A stretch of DNA of 64,000 bases from Octopus vulgaris (GCA_951406725.2 OX597822.1:106888001-106952000); one strand, 5' to 3'; shown: positions 41,026 through 54,913, numbered from the stretch's first letter. Notes: generated from the sequence alone by a model not told the origin. Numbers and translations are program-made.

Positions 41026-42815
41026 TGGATGCTGTAATAGTTATCGTGGCATTGTCACAAAATTGGAAACTACATTTGAAGGAACGAACGTCAACCAACA
41101 AGGAGGCCAACGATAACTTTCAGCTCACAATAAGTTGTGGTGAGTCTCGACGAGATCACTTGATCGGCTAGAAGTAGAAAGACCCCATCTCAATTCACAA
41201 TCTGCAGTCTTGAAAAAGAAAGATACATTTTTCAGTGATGTCACTGGTATAAAATAGTTGGGACAGTCACGGATGAACAGCTTTTGGTCATGGTTTTGCT
41301 TAACTATAGCTGGCTTTGGGATACATAATGTTTTCTAATTTGGGCTCAAGGCTAGCAAGTTTGATTGCAAAAGTTTAGCCAAAAACACCAGCCCTCAATA
41401 GAAGACTGATACTTTATTTTAGCAACCCAAGAAGAATAAAACCTCATATCTGTACAAGCGCTTGTTTGCACAAATCCTTCAATGAAAGCATGAATAATTT
41501 ATTTACAAATGAGCTCTAGCTGAGAATGTTATCGTTATTAATGTTAGTGATTCTTAGAAGTAGCTTCCTGAAGTCTCTATCGTATATCCGGATTCTCCGT
41601 CAGTCTCGACGATTAGCATCCAGTTGTTCGACCATGTAATTAGCATATTAAATGACTGCGTATGCAACAGATATGAATAGCCTTAACGTAATTCTCTGGT
41701 CGAATGAGAGTGACACAACCTGACGAGACTAGAACTTCTAATTACGGATACAATCGAGAAAGATGAGGGAAGGGAAATGTATCCCAATACTAGTGTTGTA
41801 CTATATTTATCCACCCTGAAAGTATGAAAGACAAAGCTGGCCTCGATAGGTTTTGAATATAAAGAACCAATGGAAATCATGTTTGGAATTTTTCGATGTT
41901 CTAACGACTCTGCGTACACGCCGGCTTCTACAGCGCATCACACTTATATTGAAAATTTTATCCTTAATTCTTGTACACTAAAGAAAAAGCAAGAAACAGA
42001 AAAAAAAACTCCAAAGAAATGGCTGGTACGAAACAATATAGTACAGAGTTGAAAATATACCCTATGGATGAGATAACAGTTTTTCTATCAGCCACTGTAA
42101 TCTGTATGGACTAGCATACAATAAATAGTAGTACTAGTAGAAGTTGTAGTTGTCTTTATCATTAAGCCCGTAATTAAGATCTATAATTATCAGAGATATT
42201 CTGACTGTGACCATCTGGTCTTTTTACCGAGGCAAAGTGAATCGAAGTTGACATTATACAGCATACGCCTTTACAAGATGGTAATATGTAGTTTTTGAGG
42301 ACAGATGAATACTATTTCTAGCAAAATCTTGCAATGCTTGCCGACTCCCTCCTTGCTATGTTAAGAAAAGAAAAATGAAATGCAACGGAAACAGTGTGAT
42401 GAAGAATATTAAAGAAACACGGGAAAATATATAAGGCCTCCTAACTACTAGGTTCTCGGTCATGAATTCCGGTATCCTTTTGTAGATATTGAGTGATGTC
42501 TTTCAATATGCCAGTCTTTTGAGATTATATACAAATATACACATTAAACATAGACTACCGTAATAAATCACCATTAATATTACTATTGCTAAGCTGCGAA
42601 ATGAATTCTTAGGAGACCAACCATATTATAATAATTTTGATACTAAAGGCATTAGCAATGTAAATGAAGTGAAATAGCTACTAACAATAGACGCTGCTAT
42701 GGACCAAACAGTAGAATCGTTTCCCCAAGCACTGATCTATTAATCTTCTTCTCTTGCAATCATATCAACCAGTTTATTACTTATCTATTACACACACACA
42801 CACACACACACACAT

Positions 42816-42846
<31 letters not shown>

Positions 42847-43033
42847 TATATACATATACATACATATGTTTATATATATATATGCGTGTGTGTGCCTGCG
42901 TGAGTATATATATATATATATGTGTGTGTGTATGCATGTATATATGTATGTATGTACCTACCTACCTACCTACCTACCTACCTACCTACCTACCTACCTA
43001 CCTACCTACCTATCTACCTACCTACCTACCTAT

Positions 43034-43116
<83 letters not shown>

Positions 43117-43639
43117 AATGCTTCTTGTCATTGAAAGATCACGAAACACATCTAAATACATTTACGTAGAGTACCGCATTTATTTTAACAAGGAAACTAC
43201 TGTTTGTGACTTCGAAGTTTGCCGCACAGTTGCATTCGTAAAACTGTAAATATTTTTGTTTTCCAAGCTTTTTATATTCTACCTATGGTTCATTTGCTGG
43301 TGAAGATTAAGGGTGGCAAAGTAGAGGTTTACCAATATACTTTGTAAGCAGTAAATCCCTACGCAAGATGAACAAAAAACATACAAAAATCTGGGGAAAT
43401 AAAACAAAGCAAAAAAACTTAGCTTTATTATGAAAACATCTGAGTTGAAGCATCGAAACCATTGTTAATCTTTTTTTCTTGCAAAAGTAATACATATGCA
43501 TATTGTGTATGTGTATATACTTACATACATGCATTCATACGTAGATACATAGATACACACGCACGTATATACACATACATACATATATATATATATATAT
43601 ACATATATATACACGCACACACATACACACACATATATC

Positions 43640-44034
43640 TTTTTACTCTTTTTACTTGTTTCAGTCATTTGACTGCGGCCATGCTGGATCACCACCTTTA
43701 GTCGAGCAAATCGACCCCGGGACTTATTCTTTGTAAGCCCAGTACTTATTCTATCGGTCTCCTTTGCCGAACCGCTAACTAACGGGGACGTAAACACACC
43801 AGCAATGCTAGGGGGACAAACACAGACACACAAACATATACACACACACTTATATATATATACATATATACGACAGGCTTCTTTCAGTTTCCGTCTACCA
43901 AATCCACTCACAAGGCATTGGTCGGCCCGGGGCTATAGTAGAAGACACTTGCCCAAGATGCCACGCAGTGGGACTGAACCCGGAACCATGTGGTTGGTTA
44001 GCAAGCTACCTACCACACAGCCACTCCTGCGCCT
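43640..44034 (-). mobile_element. SINE family A
   Basis: Reverse complement of family A. Confidence 0.9.
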
Positions 44035-44124
44035 ATATAGTATATAAATAAAAAAAATACGAAGAACGAACACAAGAAAAAAACCCAAAAATACGTGGTA
44101 AGTGAAAAATATATAATAAAAGAA

Positions 44125-45080
44125 GGAAAATGCACACCAGTCACCCCAACAATAGACTCCCCGTCCTTGATACTGAACCTTTGTTAGAGACTGTGAACAA
44201 CAGAGTGCAGCTCCTCAACTATTACATGAAACCCATAGTTTCGAAATATGTTGTTCCCAAGAATTCAGCTTTGTCACACAACATGAAAATTAACATAGTG
44301 ATAGCAGACTTAGTTAGGAAAATGAACCACCTCTCCTCACTATGAGAACCCAATAAAACGAAGAAACTTATACCGTACTTCATGAACCGCATACAATTCT
44401 CTGGATATGATCAGAAAGATAGGGTTCGAGTATACAGGAGTGCTAGAAAGAAGGTAGACAACATTATATGATACCAGTAGTACCTGCCCTAGATGCAGAA
44501 ACAAAGACTGGAATAGGATACAAAGAACTTCTGACAAAGCAAACAAGGTAAACACGTGGTTTAAAACCAACAAATATCAAGAAGTGATGTTTGTAGAGGC
44601 CACAGGCCATGGAGAACTAGCGCGTAGATTTAAGAAAGCTCTGAAGGAGACCAAACTCAACATTAAGATTGTTGAAAAGTCAGATCACAACTATGTAGGA
44701 TGTGCCCCTTTGAGAACATCATATGCACCAATGATAACTGCATGGTATTTAGGATTAGTCCTAGCATTAACTACAGAACTAGAAATTTAATTTACTGCAG
44801 AAGATGCATAGATGGTGCTTGTAAAGACATGAACATGACATACATAGGGGAGATATCTAGAAGTATTGCAGAACGACTAAATGGACATTTGAGACAATAT
44901 CACGACAAAAAACAGTCCTCCATAGTCTACAAACATGCCAAGGACCAACATAGAGTTTACCTGGGTCAACTTGACATTCGCATTTTATCCAAGCACCCAA
45001 AGGACCCAATACTCAGGCAAATACAGGAATGTGTCCTCATAAATGAAATATCCCCAGTACTAAATAGGAAATATACGTAG
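44125..45080 (+). mobile_element. Penelope-like retroelement, 5'-truncated (RT C-terminus and GIY-YIG endonuclease), frameshifted
   Basis: ORF 44700..45080 contains LIY-x-C-x-C...YIGEISR...R...H...E-x3-I...P-x-LN, a GIY-YIG pattern. ORF 44130..44345 contains LPVLD...YMKP...SA, resembling the PLE RT thumb. Confidence 0.85.
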
Positions 45081-45561
45081 TATATATCATACCCCCATGC
45101 CCACAGTTTACACAGTTAGAGTAGAATAGTTAGTGGGCTGTTATGTAGATAGATGCATGTGTGAGTGTGGGTGTGTGTATATGTGTATATGTATATGCAC
45201 AAGTATGTAGCCATATGGATATGAATGTAAACAGATAGATATACAGACGAATAGGTACATAGGTTATATGAACAGACAAGCTCACATACACACGCATACA
45301 CAATTGAAGACTGAAACACTTGTCTATTTATATACATACGCTTCACTTCACACAAATACACATATGGAGATACACATTCATATATACAGACACAGTACAT
45401 AGTTGCAACCACCTACAGGGACACACTCACACATGCACGCACAAGGAGACAGAGGTACACGTACACACACACACACACATGTTTATAAATATTCAAATTA
45501 GAATCCAGAAAATGGAGAAGTAGCGTTGATATAATATATTAACTGCAAAAACTCAACATGT

Positions 45562-45647
45562 TCCCTTACAGCTGTTTCGATTTTGCCCAAATGAATTAAA
45601 TTCCAGCAATTAAAACATTTTTTGGGGCAAATTCTTGTTAGAGGAGT
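45562..45647 (-). ncRNA. Damaged hammerhead ribozyme, left arm of fold-back
   Basis: Minus strand: ACUCCU-CUAACAA (decayed CUGACGA)-GAAUUUGCCC...GGGCAAAAUC-GAAA-CAGCUG-UA^AGGGA. Confidence 0.5.
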
Positions 45648-45736
45648 AAAAAACAACATATCAATAGAGTCTATCGAGATGTTTTTGAAGAATAACATGT
45701 TAATAACCTAGCGATGTCTTTTTTAAAACTTTTTTT

Positions 45737-45842
45737 ACTCCTCTGACGAGATTTTACCCCCATAAATGTTTCAATTAATGGAATTTTGGGCAAAACTGAA
45801 AATCGAAAACATTTAGGAAAAATCGAAAACAGCTGTAAGGGA
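45737..45842 (+). ncRNA. Damaged hammerhead ribozyme, right arm of fold-back
   Basis: ACUCCU-CUGACGA-GAUUUU...AAAAUC-GAAA(A)-CAGCUG-UA^AGGGA, with an extra A and an internal duplication. Confidence 0.5.
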
Positions 45843-46199
45843 ACAATAAATTATATAAACGCTACTTCTCCATTTTCTGGATTTTAATTTGAATATATAT
45901 ATATATATATATATATACTGACATACACACGCACTCATACACACATAAACATGCATACATGCACGCGCACACACACATACACACACAAACACATATATAC
46001 ATTATCGACTGCACATACTCTCAGTGTACGTGCATTCTTTGTTCGCCGGTGAGCTGAGGGTTAGCATGGTGGGGATGACTCCCTTAAAGTGTCTGGTGTT
46101 AAAAAACCTGAATGTCAAGCAAGACAACTCGCCTCAGATCATACATACATACATACATACATACATAGATACATTCATGCATACATAGTATGTATGCAT

Positions 46200-46236
<37 letters not shown>

Positions 46237-46239
<3 letters not shown>

Positions 46240-46534
46240 CGTGACCGACCAGTCCATCAGATGTAGTAACACATCGCTGGTCACAATGCGCTCGCATTGT
46301 TTTAGCCTTCGAATGACGCCACCCCGCTGGCTAAGCGAGCAGGCCAACAGAAGAAAGAGTGGGAGAAAGAGTGGTGAAAGAGAACAGCAGGGATCACCAT
46401 CCCCTGCCGGAGCCTCGTGGAGCTTTTAGGTGTTTTCGCTCAATAAACACTCACAACGTCCGGTCTGGGAATCGAAACTGTGATCCTGCGACCGCGAGTC
46501 CGCTGCCCTAACCACTGGGCCATTGCGCCTCCAC
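46237..46534 (-). mobile_element. SINE family C (tail type 1) with (ATG)n tail and 22-bp TSD
   Basis: gcatacatagtatgtatgcata occurs at about 46179-46200 and 46536-46557. Confidence 0.9.
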
Positions 46535-47107
46535 GCATACATAGTATGTATGCATATACATTGTAATAAAGTATTTAGGTCAGATGAACTGCATTCGTGA
46601 TTTTTCTAGGTCTGAACAATCGCAGCAGAGTCAACTGGTAACGATAATGTATATCCAAGTGATGATAGCAAACAAGATATAGGGTAATGTATATCCCCTC
46701 CACACGTCTACAAAAGCAAAGTTATTTCATATCAAATCATGTGGGCGGATGACAACTTTGTAGGTTTTGTCGGAAATCCACAAAATAACAAAGTAACAAA
46801 GGAAGACTGACAGATGCAGAGAACGGACACGATAGACTGAAAGAATGATATAAGCGCTCTATTTCCCAGGAGACATTGGAAAGAAAGACTAATGGAATCA
46901 CAGGTGGAAGAAACGAACAGCGACTAAAGAATGTTGAGAAGAGATGACAGTGGAGTCACATGATGGGGAATTGGAAGAGCGAATCAAATGACTTGGTTTA
47001 TTTAATTTGCATATTACGCATAGCAGTGAATGTATAGCGTGTCATAGTGATTGTGATACCTTCTGTGGCAGGTGACACACACACACACAGAGTCAAAAAT
47101 ACACATG

Positions 47108-47157
<50 letters not shown>

Positions 47158-47191
47158 CTGTATACTATTTGTATATATTAATGTATGTAAG

Positions 47192-47231
<40 letters not shown>

Positions 47232-47283
47232 TGTATGTATGTATATATAAATAAATATGTATGTATATATATATATATATATG

Positions 47284-47387
<104 letters not shown>

Positions 47388-47610
47388 TATATGTGTGTGT
47401 GTGTGTGTGTGTGTATTTCTAATGTGTATGTTCTTAATTTTTACAGATAACACGGAAAAATCGTTGCCAGGGTAGCAAAAATTTACGTAAGTACCAAGGA
47501 TGTAACAGCTTACTTATAAAGGAAGAAATTCCAGGTTTTGGTGAAATGTTTTTGTATTACTTAGATAAATAAATAAATAGGGTTAAATGCAGGGGTTATT
47601 CAAATCTTTA

Positions 47611-47834
47611 TACTTTACTCTTTACTCTTTTAATCTTTTACTCTTTTACTTGTTTCAGTCATTTGACTGCGGCCATGCTGGAGCACCGCCTTTAGTCAAG
47701 CAAATCGACCCCGGGACTTATTCTTTGTAAGCCCAGTACTTATTCTATCGGTCTCTTTTTCCCGAACCGCTAAGTGACGGGAACGTAAACACACCAGCAT
47801 CGGTTGTCAAGCAATGCTAGGGGGACAAACACAG

Positions 47835-47904
<70 letters not shown>

Positions 47905-48038
47905 GACGGGCTTCTTTCAGTTTCCGTCTACCAAATCCACTCACAAGGCATTGGTCGGCCCGGAGCTATAGCAGAAAACACTTTCCCAAGATGCCACGCA
48001 GTGGGACTGAACCCGGAACCATGTGGTTGGTTAGCAAG
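47611..48038 (-). mobile_element. SINE family A, head truncated
   Basis: Reverse complement of family A. Confidence 0.88.
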
Positions 48039-48339
48039 TCCAGAAGGAAGAAAATGATGTACAACAATGCTATCTTCTCATCAGAGAAAAAAAAAAGAAA
48101 CAAAACATACCAATAAGACATTCTGACCGAATGTGATTACTGCATATATGATGAAAGGAACGCTGGTACATTTAAAAAGAAAAAAACGTTAATATATATA
48201 TATAAAACAGCAAAGGCAATCAATAGAAAGAGAAGGAGGAGGAAGAAAAAATTAGCAGAAAATTCAAAGTGCGGTAGGTGAATAGGAATAAAGGTTATAT
48301 ATGTATATATATAAAGATATATATGTATATATATACATA

Positions 48340-48565
48340 TGTATTTATGTGTGTGTGTATGTTTATGTGTCTGTGTTTGTCCCCCTAGCATTGCTTGACA
48401 ACCGATGCTGGTGTGTTTACGTCCCCGTCACTTAGCGGTTCGGCAAAAGAGACCGATAGAATAAGTACTAGGCTTACAAGGAATAAGTCCCGGGGTCGAT
48501 TTGCTCGACTAGAGGCGGTGCTCCAGCATGGCCGCAGTCAAATGACTGAAACAAGTAAAAGAGTA
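48340..48565 (+). mobile_element. SINE family A, 3' half
   Basis: Matches the family A 3' half. Confidence 0.85.
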
Positions 48566-48944
48566 ATGAGTTAAAAGCATGGAAATAATTCCATATCGTA
48601 AGGGGGTCAAATCCAACTTCCCTTACCAGTTTCGTGAAGCTATAGAAAAGAATTTTCCCCAAAATTCAAGATAATATTCGATTATTAATTCGCACCGAAT
48701 CAGGATAGGGTTTTCATTAGAAAGAATGGTTGGGGCTTATTAAACGCAGAAATGGTGTTGTTTTTCATTTTGTTGGGTTTCCGAGAGAAGTGGACTTTGG
48801 AAAAGCGACCCCGCCCCAACCGCCAGGTCTGTTGCAATCAAAAGCAATCAGCGCAGGAATACAGATCGAGTTCTCGTTAGATCGCACCAAAACACCTGGT
48901 CTGTATGCTCTTTTCTACTCAGAATTTTTGGGGAGGGGGCTAGC

Positions 48945-49692
48945 CGATTAGATCGACCACAGTACGTTAGTGGTACTGAATTTATCGACCCCAAAAGATG
49001 AAAGGCAAAGTCGACCTCGGTGGAATTTGAACTCAGAACGTAAAGACAGACGAAATACCACTAAACATTTCGCTCGGCGCGCTAACGTTTCTTATTTCTT
49101 TACTGCCCACAAGGGGCTGCACACAGAGGAGACGAACAAGGATAGACAAACGGATTAAGTCGATTATATCGATCCCAGTGCGTAACTAGTACTTATGTAA
49201 TCGACCCCGAAAGGATGATACGCAAAGTCGACCTCGGCGGAATTTGAACTCAGAACGTAGCGGCAGACGAAATACCTATTTCTTTACTATCCACAAGGGG
49301 CTAAACACAGAGAGAACAAACAAGGACAGACAAACGGATTAAGTTGATTATATCGACCCCAGTGCGTAACTGGTACTTATTTAATCGACCCCGAAAGGAT
49401 GAAAGGCAAAGTCGATCTCGGCGGAATTTGAACTCAGAACGTAGCGGCAGACGAAATACGAATTTCTTTACTACCCACAAGGGGATAAACACAGAGAGAA
49501 CAAACAAGGGCAGACAAACGGATTAAGTCGATTATATCGACCCCAGTGTGTAACTGGTACTTATCTAATCGACCCCGAAAGGATGAAAGGCAAAGTCGAT
49601 CTCGGCGGAATTTGAACTCAGAACGTAGCGGCAGACGAAATACTGCTAAGCACTTAGGCCGGCGTGCTAACGTTTCTGCCAGCTCGCTGCCT
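48945..49692 (-). mobile_element. SINE family B trimer plus adjacent related copy
   Basis: Reverse-complement units repeated with a period of about 184 bp. Confidence 0.88.
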
Positions 49693-49962
49693 TACTTGAT
49701 GTATACGTTGGCAACAAAATGAACTCTGCTAAGGACATTTAAATGACATGAGGTGTAGTTAAACCGAGATATATCTACAACTAAGCTGAGTTAAATATTG
49801 AAGAGTAATAAAGAAATTCCAGAGCGAACGGAAGCGTTAATTTCCATTCGACTGTCATTGGAAGTTGTTTGTCTTCATTAGCGTTGATAATGTTATTGAT
49901 GAGCAAACTATGAGTATTACAAGATTTCCTAAACCTCAAGATATATAACAATTGCAAACATA

Positions 49963-50367
49963 GGCGCAGGAGTGGCTGTGTGGTAAGTAGCTTGCTAACC
50001 AACCACATGGTTCCGGGTTCAGTCCCACTGCGTGACATCTTGGGCAAGTGTCTTCTGCTATAGCCCCGGGCCGACAAATGCCTTGTGAGTGGATTTGGTA
50101 GACGGAAACTGAAAGAAGCCTGTCGTATATATGTATATATATGTATATGTATGTGTTTGTGTGTTTGTGTTTGTCTCCCTAGCATTGCTTGACAACCGAT
50201 GCTGGTGTGTTTACGTCCCCGTCACCTAGCGGTTCGGCAAAAGAGACCGATAGAATAAGTACTGGGCTTACAAAGAATAAGTCCCGGGGCCGATTTGCTC
50301 GACTAAAGGCGGTGCTCCAGCATGGCCGCAGTCAAATGACTGAAACAAGTAAAAGAGAAAAGAGAGA
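49963..50367 (+). mobile_element. SINE family A, full length
   Basis: Near-identical to 18409-18830. Confidence 0.9.
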
Positions 50368-50619
50368 AAGGTCTGGTCAAATTAAACAGATTTTATTGTC
50401 AGTAAAATTGCACAATTACATAATAAAATAACACCAAACTCATATAAAACTGTTAACTATTAAAAATGATAATAGTAATAGCAGTAATAATATGAAACGT
50501 TGTGTTAACAACAAACAAGATGAGGACAATATCCGTTAAATGTAAATAATGTAATTAATGTTAATGATGTCAAGATTTTCGCATTTTCGCACAAGGCTAG
50601 CTATTTCGGAAAGTAGGTA

Positions 50620-50787
50620 AGTCGATTACATCCACCCGAGTGCTCAAACTGGTACTTTATTTTATCGACCCTGAAAGATGAAAGGCACAGCGAACCTCGG
50701 TGGAATTTAGGCTGAGAACGTAAAGACGGACGAAACGCTGTAAAGCATGTTGTCCGGCGAGCGAACGATTCTCGTAGCTCGCCGCCT

Positions 50788-50788
<1 letters not shown>
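50620..50788 (-). mobile_element. Diverged SINE family B relative
   Basis: Head and B-box region are recognisable. Confidence 0.7.
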
Positions 50789-50842
<54 letters not shown>

Positions 50843-50873
50843 AATAATCATAATAATAATAATAATAATAATG

Positions 50874-51430
50874 AATGTCTTGATGCAGTACCAGACAGTC
50901 GCTCTCATGGCTTCTGATCTTAACTGATTGGAAGGGCTATCATGTAAATTGTTTTGTCTTGGTATAAAAGATGGGCTACAGTAAATATTCTGCTCAATAC
51001 CACATATTTGCTTGTCAGTTGTTTGACCTTAACCAGTTGAGCAGGTCCCTTAGTGGCTGATGATATGTGCATCTCTGATCACGAACAGAAGTAGTGGGGG
51101 AGCATCATAGCCATGTGTTGAGAGTGATTCTTTGGGGTTTTAATAATTCGCCTCTGGAAACATGGGTGTTTCTGTCAGCATCCTTAAACAACCCTTATTC
51201 AGGGACCTTTTGAGCAGGATCGGTTACTCGACCAGAAGAAAATTCTAACTAGGCCCCACCTGCATGGTCATGCGCTGTTTGTATTGATATGAGATCACCA
51301 TGTCGCCCACATATGGTTGTGATGCATGTGCCTAGTGTAACCTTATCAGACGGGTAGTCATGATGGGTATGCTGGGCTTCATATATTTTATCCCAGTGTC
51401 ACTTTGATGGCATGCACTCTTCTCTCACTC
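50874..51430 (+). mobile_element. Repeat family D, longest copy (~555 bp, non-coding, (TAA)n-associated)
   Basis: Homologous to 2453-2870, 13749-14036, 33817-34040 and 35776-35855. Ends ctctcactc followed by (AAT)n. Strand is assigned from the TAA tail. Confidence 0.8.
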
Positions 51431-51436
51431 AATAAA

Positions 51437-51528
<92 letters not shown>

Positions 51529-51530
<2 letters not shown>

Positions 51531-51905
51531 CTTTCTAATTGATGTATCAATACCGGCAGATAACAACGTGTCTCTAAAAGAAATGGAGAAACGTTCAAAA
51601 TACAAAGACCTGGAAATAGAGGTAACCAGAATGTGGAATCTAAAAACAGAAACAATTCCTATCATAGTAGGTACATTAGGCATGATAAAAAAATATTGAG
51701 ACAGATACATAACAAACACACAAGGACTTACAAACACATGTAACATACAGAAAATTGCACTACTGGGCACTGCACACATCCTACGCAGAACACTTTCAAT
51801 ACAGTAACCATCAGTACATCACAACAAATCACAGCACATACCCAAGGCACACAGAGCTGCGCTCGGTAGTGAAGTGAAAGCACGCTATAAAAATAAAACT
51901 ACTGA
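51529..51905 (+). mobile_element. 5'-truncated R4/Dong copy inserted in (TAA)n
   Basis: Reads FLIDVSIPADNNVSLKEMEKRSKYKDLEIEVTRMW...IQKIALLGTAHILRRTL plus 3' UTR; TAA repeats on both sides. Confidence 0.88.
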
Positions 51906-52602
51906 ATAGTACTAATAATGATAATAATAATTGAACATGAGTTTATTGACAATCTGCAAGATAGTGCATAGGTTTGGAACCATTTTTTATGGAAAGTCTG
52001 ATAAAAGTAAATAACTGTAGTTTTGCGCAGAATCAAGTTTAAGAGCTGTTGAATTGAAGTCATTTCGTACTGAAAGAATGTGTCCATAATTTCATTTATA
52101 CTTAGTACAAAATGGAGTGATACATAACAATTTATATGATCACGTTCTAGAAAATAGTAATGTTGATTTCTTTTACTGGTTGAAGACTTAAAAATAATTT
52201 TAGGAGGAGGAGGATGTATAGACGATTTACTGTGCATGGCTGTTATTCAATTTAGACAGGAGACAAAATCGTTTTTTTATAATAATAGTAAGTCGTTAGA
52301 TTTCGACATATTCACGTATATAAACAAAAATCTATTATGTACCACAGAGCATATCCATAAATTTATTAACCAGCATTGTATGTTATGAGGAATGTAAACG
52401 ATAGATCTCGACAATACATTTCTTGTCAGAGAAGCAATAGCTAACATACAACTGTGCACCCACTTTAACTATCCACGAAGACAGTGCTTATAAACGCACA
52501 AATCTTAGAGGTTAAATAAACAGGCTTGACCAATTAACATGTTAAATAATTTCTTAGCAGCTAGGTCCAACATGAAATTGCTGGGACATTTAGCTAACGA
52601 CT

Positions 52603-53012
52603 CTTATTTTTTTATTGCACACAAGGGGCTAAATATAGAGGGAACAAACAAGGACAGACAAACGGACTTTGTCGATTATATCAACCCCAGTGCGTAACTG
52701 GCACTTATTTAATCGACCCCGAAATGATGAAAGGCAGTGTCGAACTCGGCGGAATTTGAACTGAGAACGTAATGGCAGACGAAATACCTATTTCTTTACT
52801 ACCCACAAGGGGCTAAACACAGAGAGGACAAACAAGAATAGACAAACGGATGAAGTCGATTATATCGACCCCAGTGCGTAACTGGTAGTTATTTAATCGA
52901 CCCCGGGAGGATGAAAGGCAAAGTCGATCTCGGCGGAATTTGAACTCAGAACGTAGCGGCAGACGAAATACCGCTAAGCATTTCGCCCGGCATGCTAACG
53001 ATTCTGCCAGTT
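52603..53012 (-). mobile_element. SINE family B dimer
   Basis: Two reverse-complement units plus head. Confidence 0.88.
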
Positions 53013-54072
53013 CACTAAAGCCCATTAATATTTGCGATTATTGTAAATAGGATAGATCAATGTGCCTATTTAACACTTCTTTGCAATAAATAAAGTGGTT
53101 CCTTTCATTGGCACTCATAGACACGCGTCAGTCTTTAAAAACGCACAGTTTTCGCATTAGATTGATTAAAGGTAATATTTTAATTATAAATGTGATTGAT
53201 TGGAAATTAAATTTAGAAAAACTTGACATTGAGTTCGAAACTAAACACTATTAAGCATTTAAATCGCTGGCCATATTTTCTGCCAAATTGAATATGCATC
53301 CACCTTTTCCTTAAAAAAAATACTATTTAATTGAAATATTGTTATTTCTAAGGTAATTCCATCCTATAAAATTATTTAGAAAGAATTTTATTTATTTCAC
53401 AGAATTCTAAAATTCGTCCAAACATAATTTTCAATCACATTAACATCAAAAATATTACTTTTAACCAATCTAATGTAATTAAATGTGCGTTTTTAAACAA
53501 AACTATTTCAAATTTTGTGTTGTTTTAATATTTGCTTTTACCAAACACTGTTATTCATTTCTATAAACCTGTTTTCTAATTAAACTTCTCTTCATTCTGA
53601 AACAGTTTACAAGTAACCATTAATATAGCGAAAAAGAAAGGGAGAAATACTGTGGATCTCATATTTTTGACGGTGATTTCAAAAATTGAATACATGTTGT
53701 GACTATTGAAGACCTCCAATAAAATATTACTACCTCATTGCACTCAGCTACTCACATAAAACACCGTTATTTAATTAATCCACTCAAAATCCTAAAACAT
53801 CATTACAATGTGGTTCATTTTGTTAAATACTCCACGTCTGATATAAAACGGGAAAAATGGATTTCAGAAAAGCGTAAAAAGTGAACAACGAAAATTTAAC
53901 AAAAAAAAACAAAACAAAAAAAACAAATAAAAAAAAACGAAGAATGAAATAAATTTTAAAAAAAAGGGAGAAGAAAGAAAGTGAAAGTAGAAAACTCGTA
54001 AAATTCAAAAGCGGTAAAAAAAAAAGGAATAAAGAATTTAGACAGGAAAAGGAAGAGACAGAATCGACTCAC

Positions 54073-54155
54073 AGCTTTCAACTTCTACCGTGCAATTCTG
54101 GACATCTAGTGGATAATAATGCAAATCCATCATGCAGGCCAAGGTTGTTGTAAAC
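54073..54155 (-). CDS. Lcch3: GABA-A receptor beta / LCCH3-like subunit, Cys-loop exon (83 nt)
   Basis: Minus strand reads (R)[27 protein letters not shown](Y), containing the C-x13-C Cys-loop. AG acceptor at 54157-54156 and GTGAG donor starting at 54072. 83 nt is the conserved size of this exon in GABA-A receptor genes. The final T joins AT of the next exon to give Tyr. Confidence 0.95.
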
Positions 54156-54299
54156 CTGTTTTAAAGAAATGAAACGAAACGAAATAGATGACTAAGAGAC
54201 AATTCACATAATTCAGTGGAGATATTTCAATCAGAAGCTAATGTCATTTATTTCGCAGAAAGAGGATGTGAGATAAAGGAGAAGACAAAGAAAAAGATG

Positions 54300-54349
54300 T
54301 AGAAGATGAAGTAGAAGAAGTAGAAGAAGAAGAAGAAGAAGAAGCAGTT

Positions 54350-54380
<31 letters not shown>

Positions 54381-54444
54381 AAGAAGAAGAAGAAGAAGAA
54401 GAAGAAGAAGAAGAAGAAGAAGAAGAAGAAGAAGAAGAGAGGAA

Positions 54445-54508
<64 letters not shown>

Positions 54509-54520
54509 AAGAAGAAGAAG
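54300..54520. repeat. Compound trinucleotide tract (GAA/GTA/TAA)
   Basis: Direct reading; lies about 150 bp upstream of the Cys-loop exon acceptor. Confidence 0.9.
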
Positions 54521-54871
54521 GTGATGAGCAAATTATTACAAAAAGAGCAAATTATTACAAAAAACACATAGGAAAAAATGTTTTAAGAATTAAAGGAAAG
54601 ATAAATAGAAATTAAATAAAGCAAGCAATATAAGGTTGGAAAAAAAATCGATGAAAAATTTCTCCAAAGAATTACACTAGACTTTAATTAACATTTTGAG
54701 CATTCTTAAGTATTTAGCTCCGAGCTAAATATTCTATATTGAAATGTCTCTTGTGTAGAAAAACGCACTTACATACGAATATATTCATAACAAGAGCCTA
54801 TACACGTGATCATAGACATGTACGGAATCTCACACAGCACATACGAACACACATGCACATGCATGTATATG

Positions 54872-54913
<42 letters not shown>

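Larger units (their letters stand above)
45490..45895. repeat. Fold-back element downstream of the Penelope-like ORF
   Basis: tattcaaattagaatccagaaaatggagaagtagcgtt / aacgctacttctccattttctggattttaatttgaata, with imperfect arms of about 160 bp; ends at (TA)n. Confidence 0.88.

Noticed and set aside
51056-51090. CTGATGA in family D as a hammerhead
   Set aside because: No GAAA or stem III in either copy examined.
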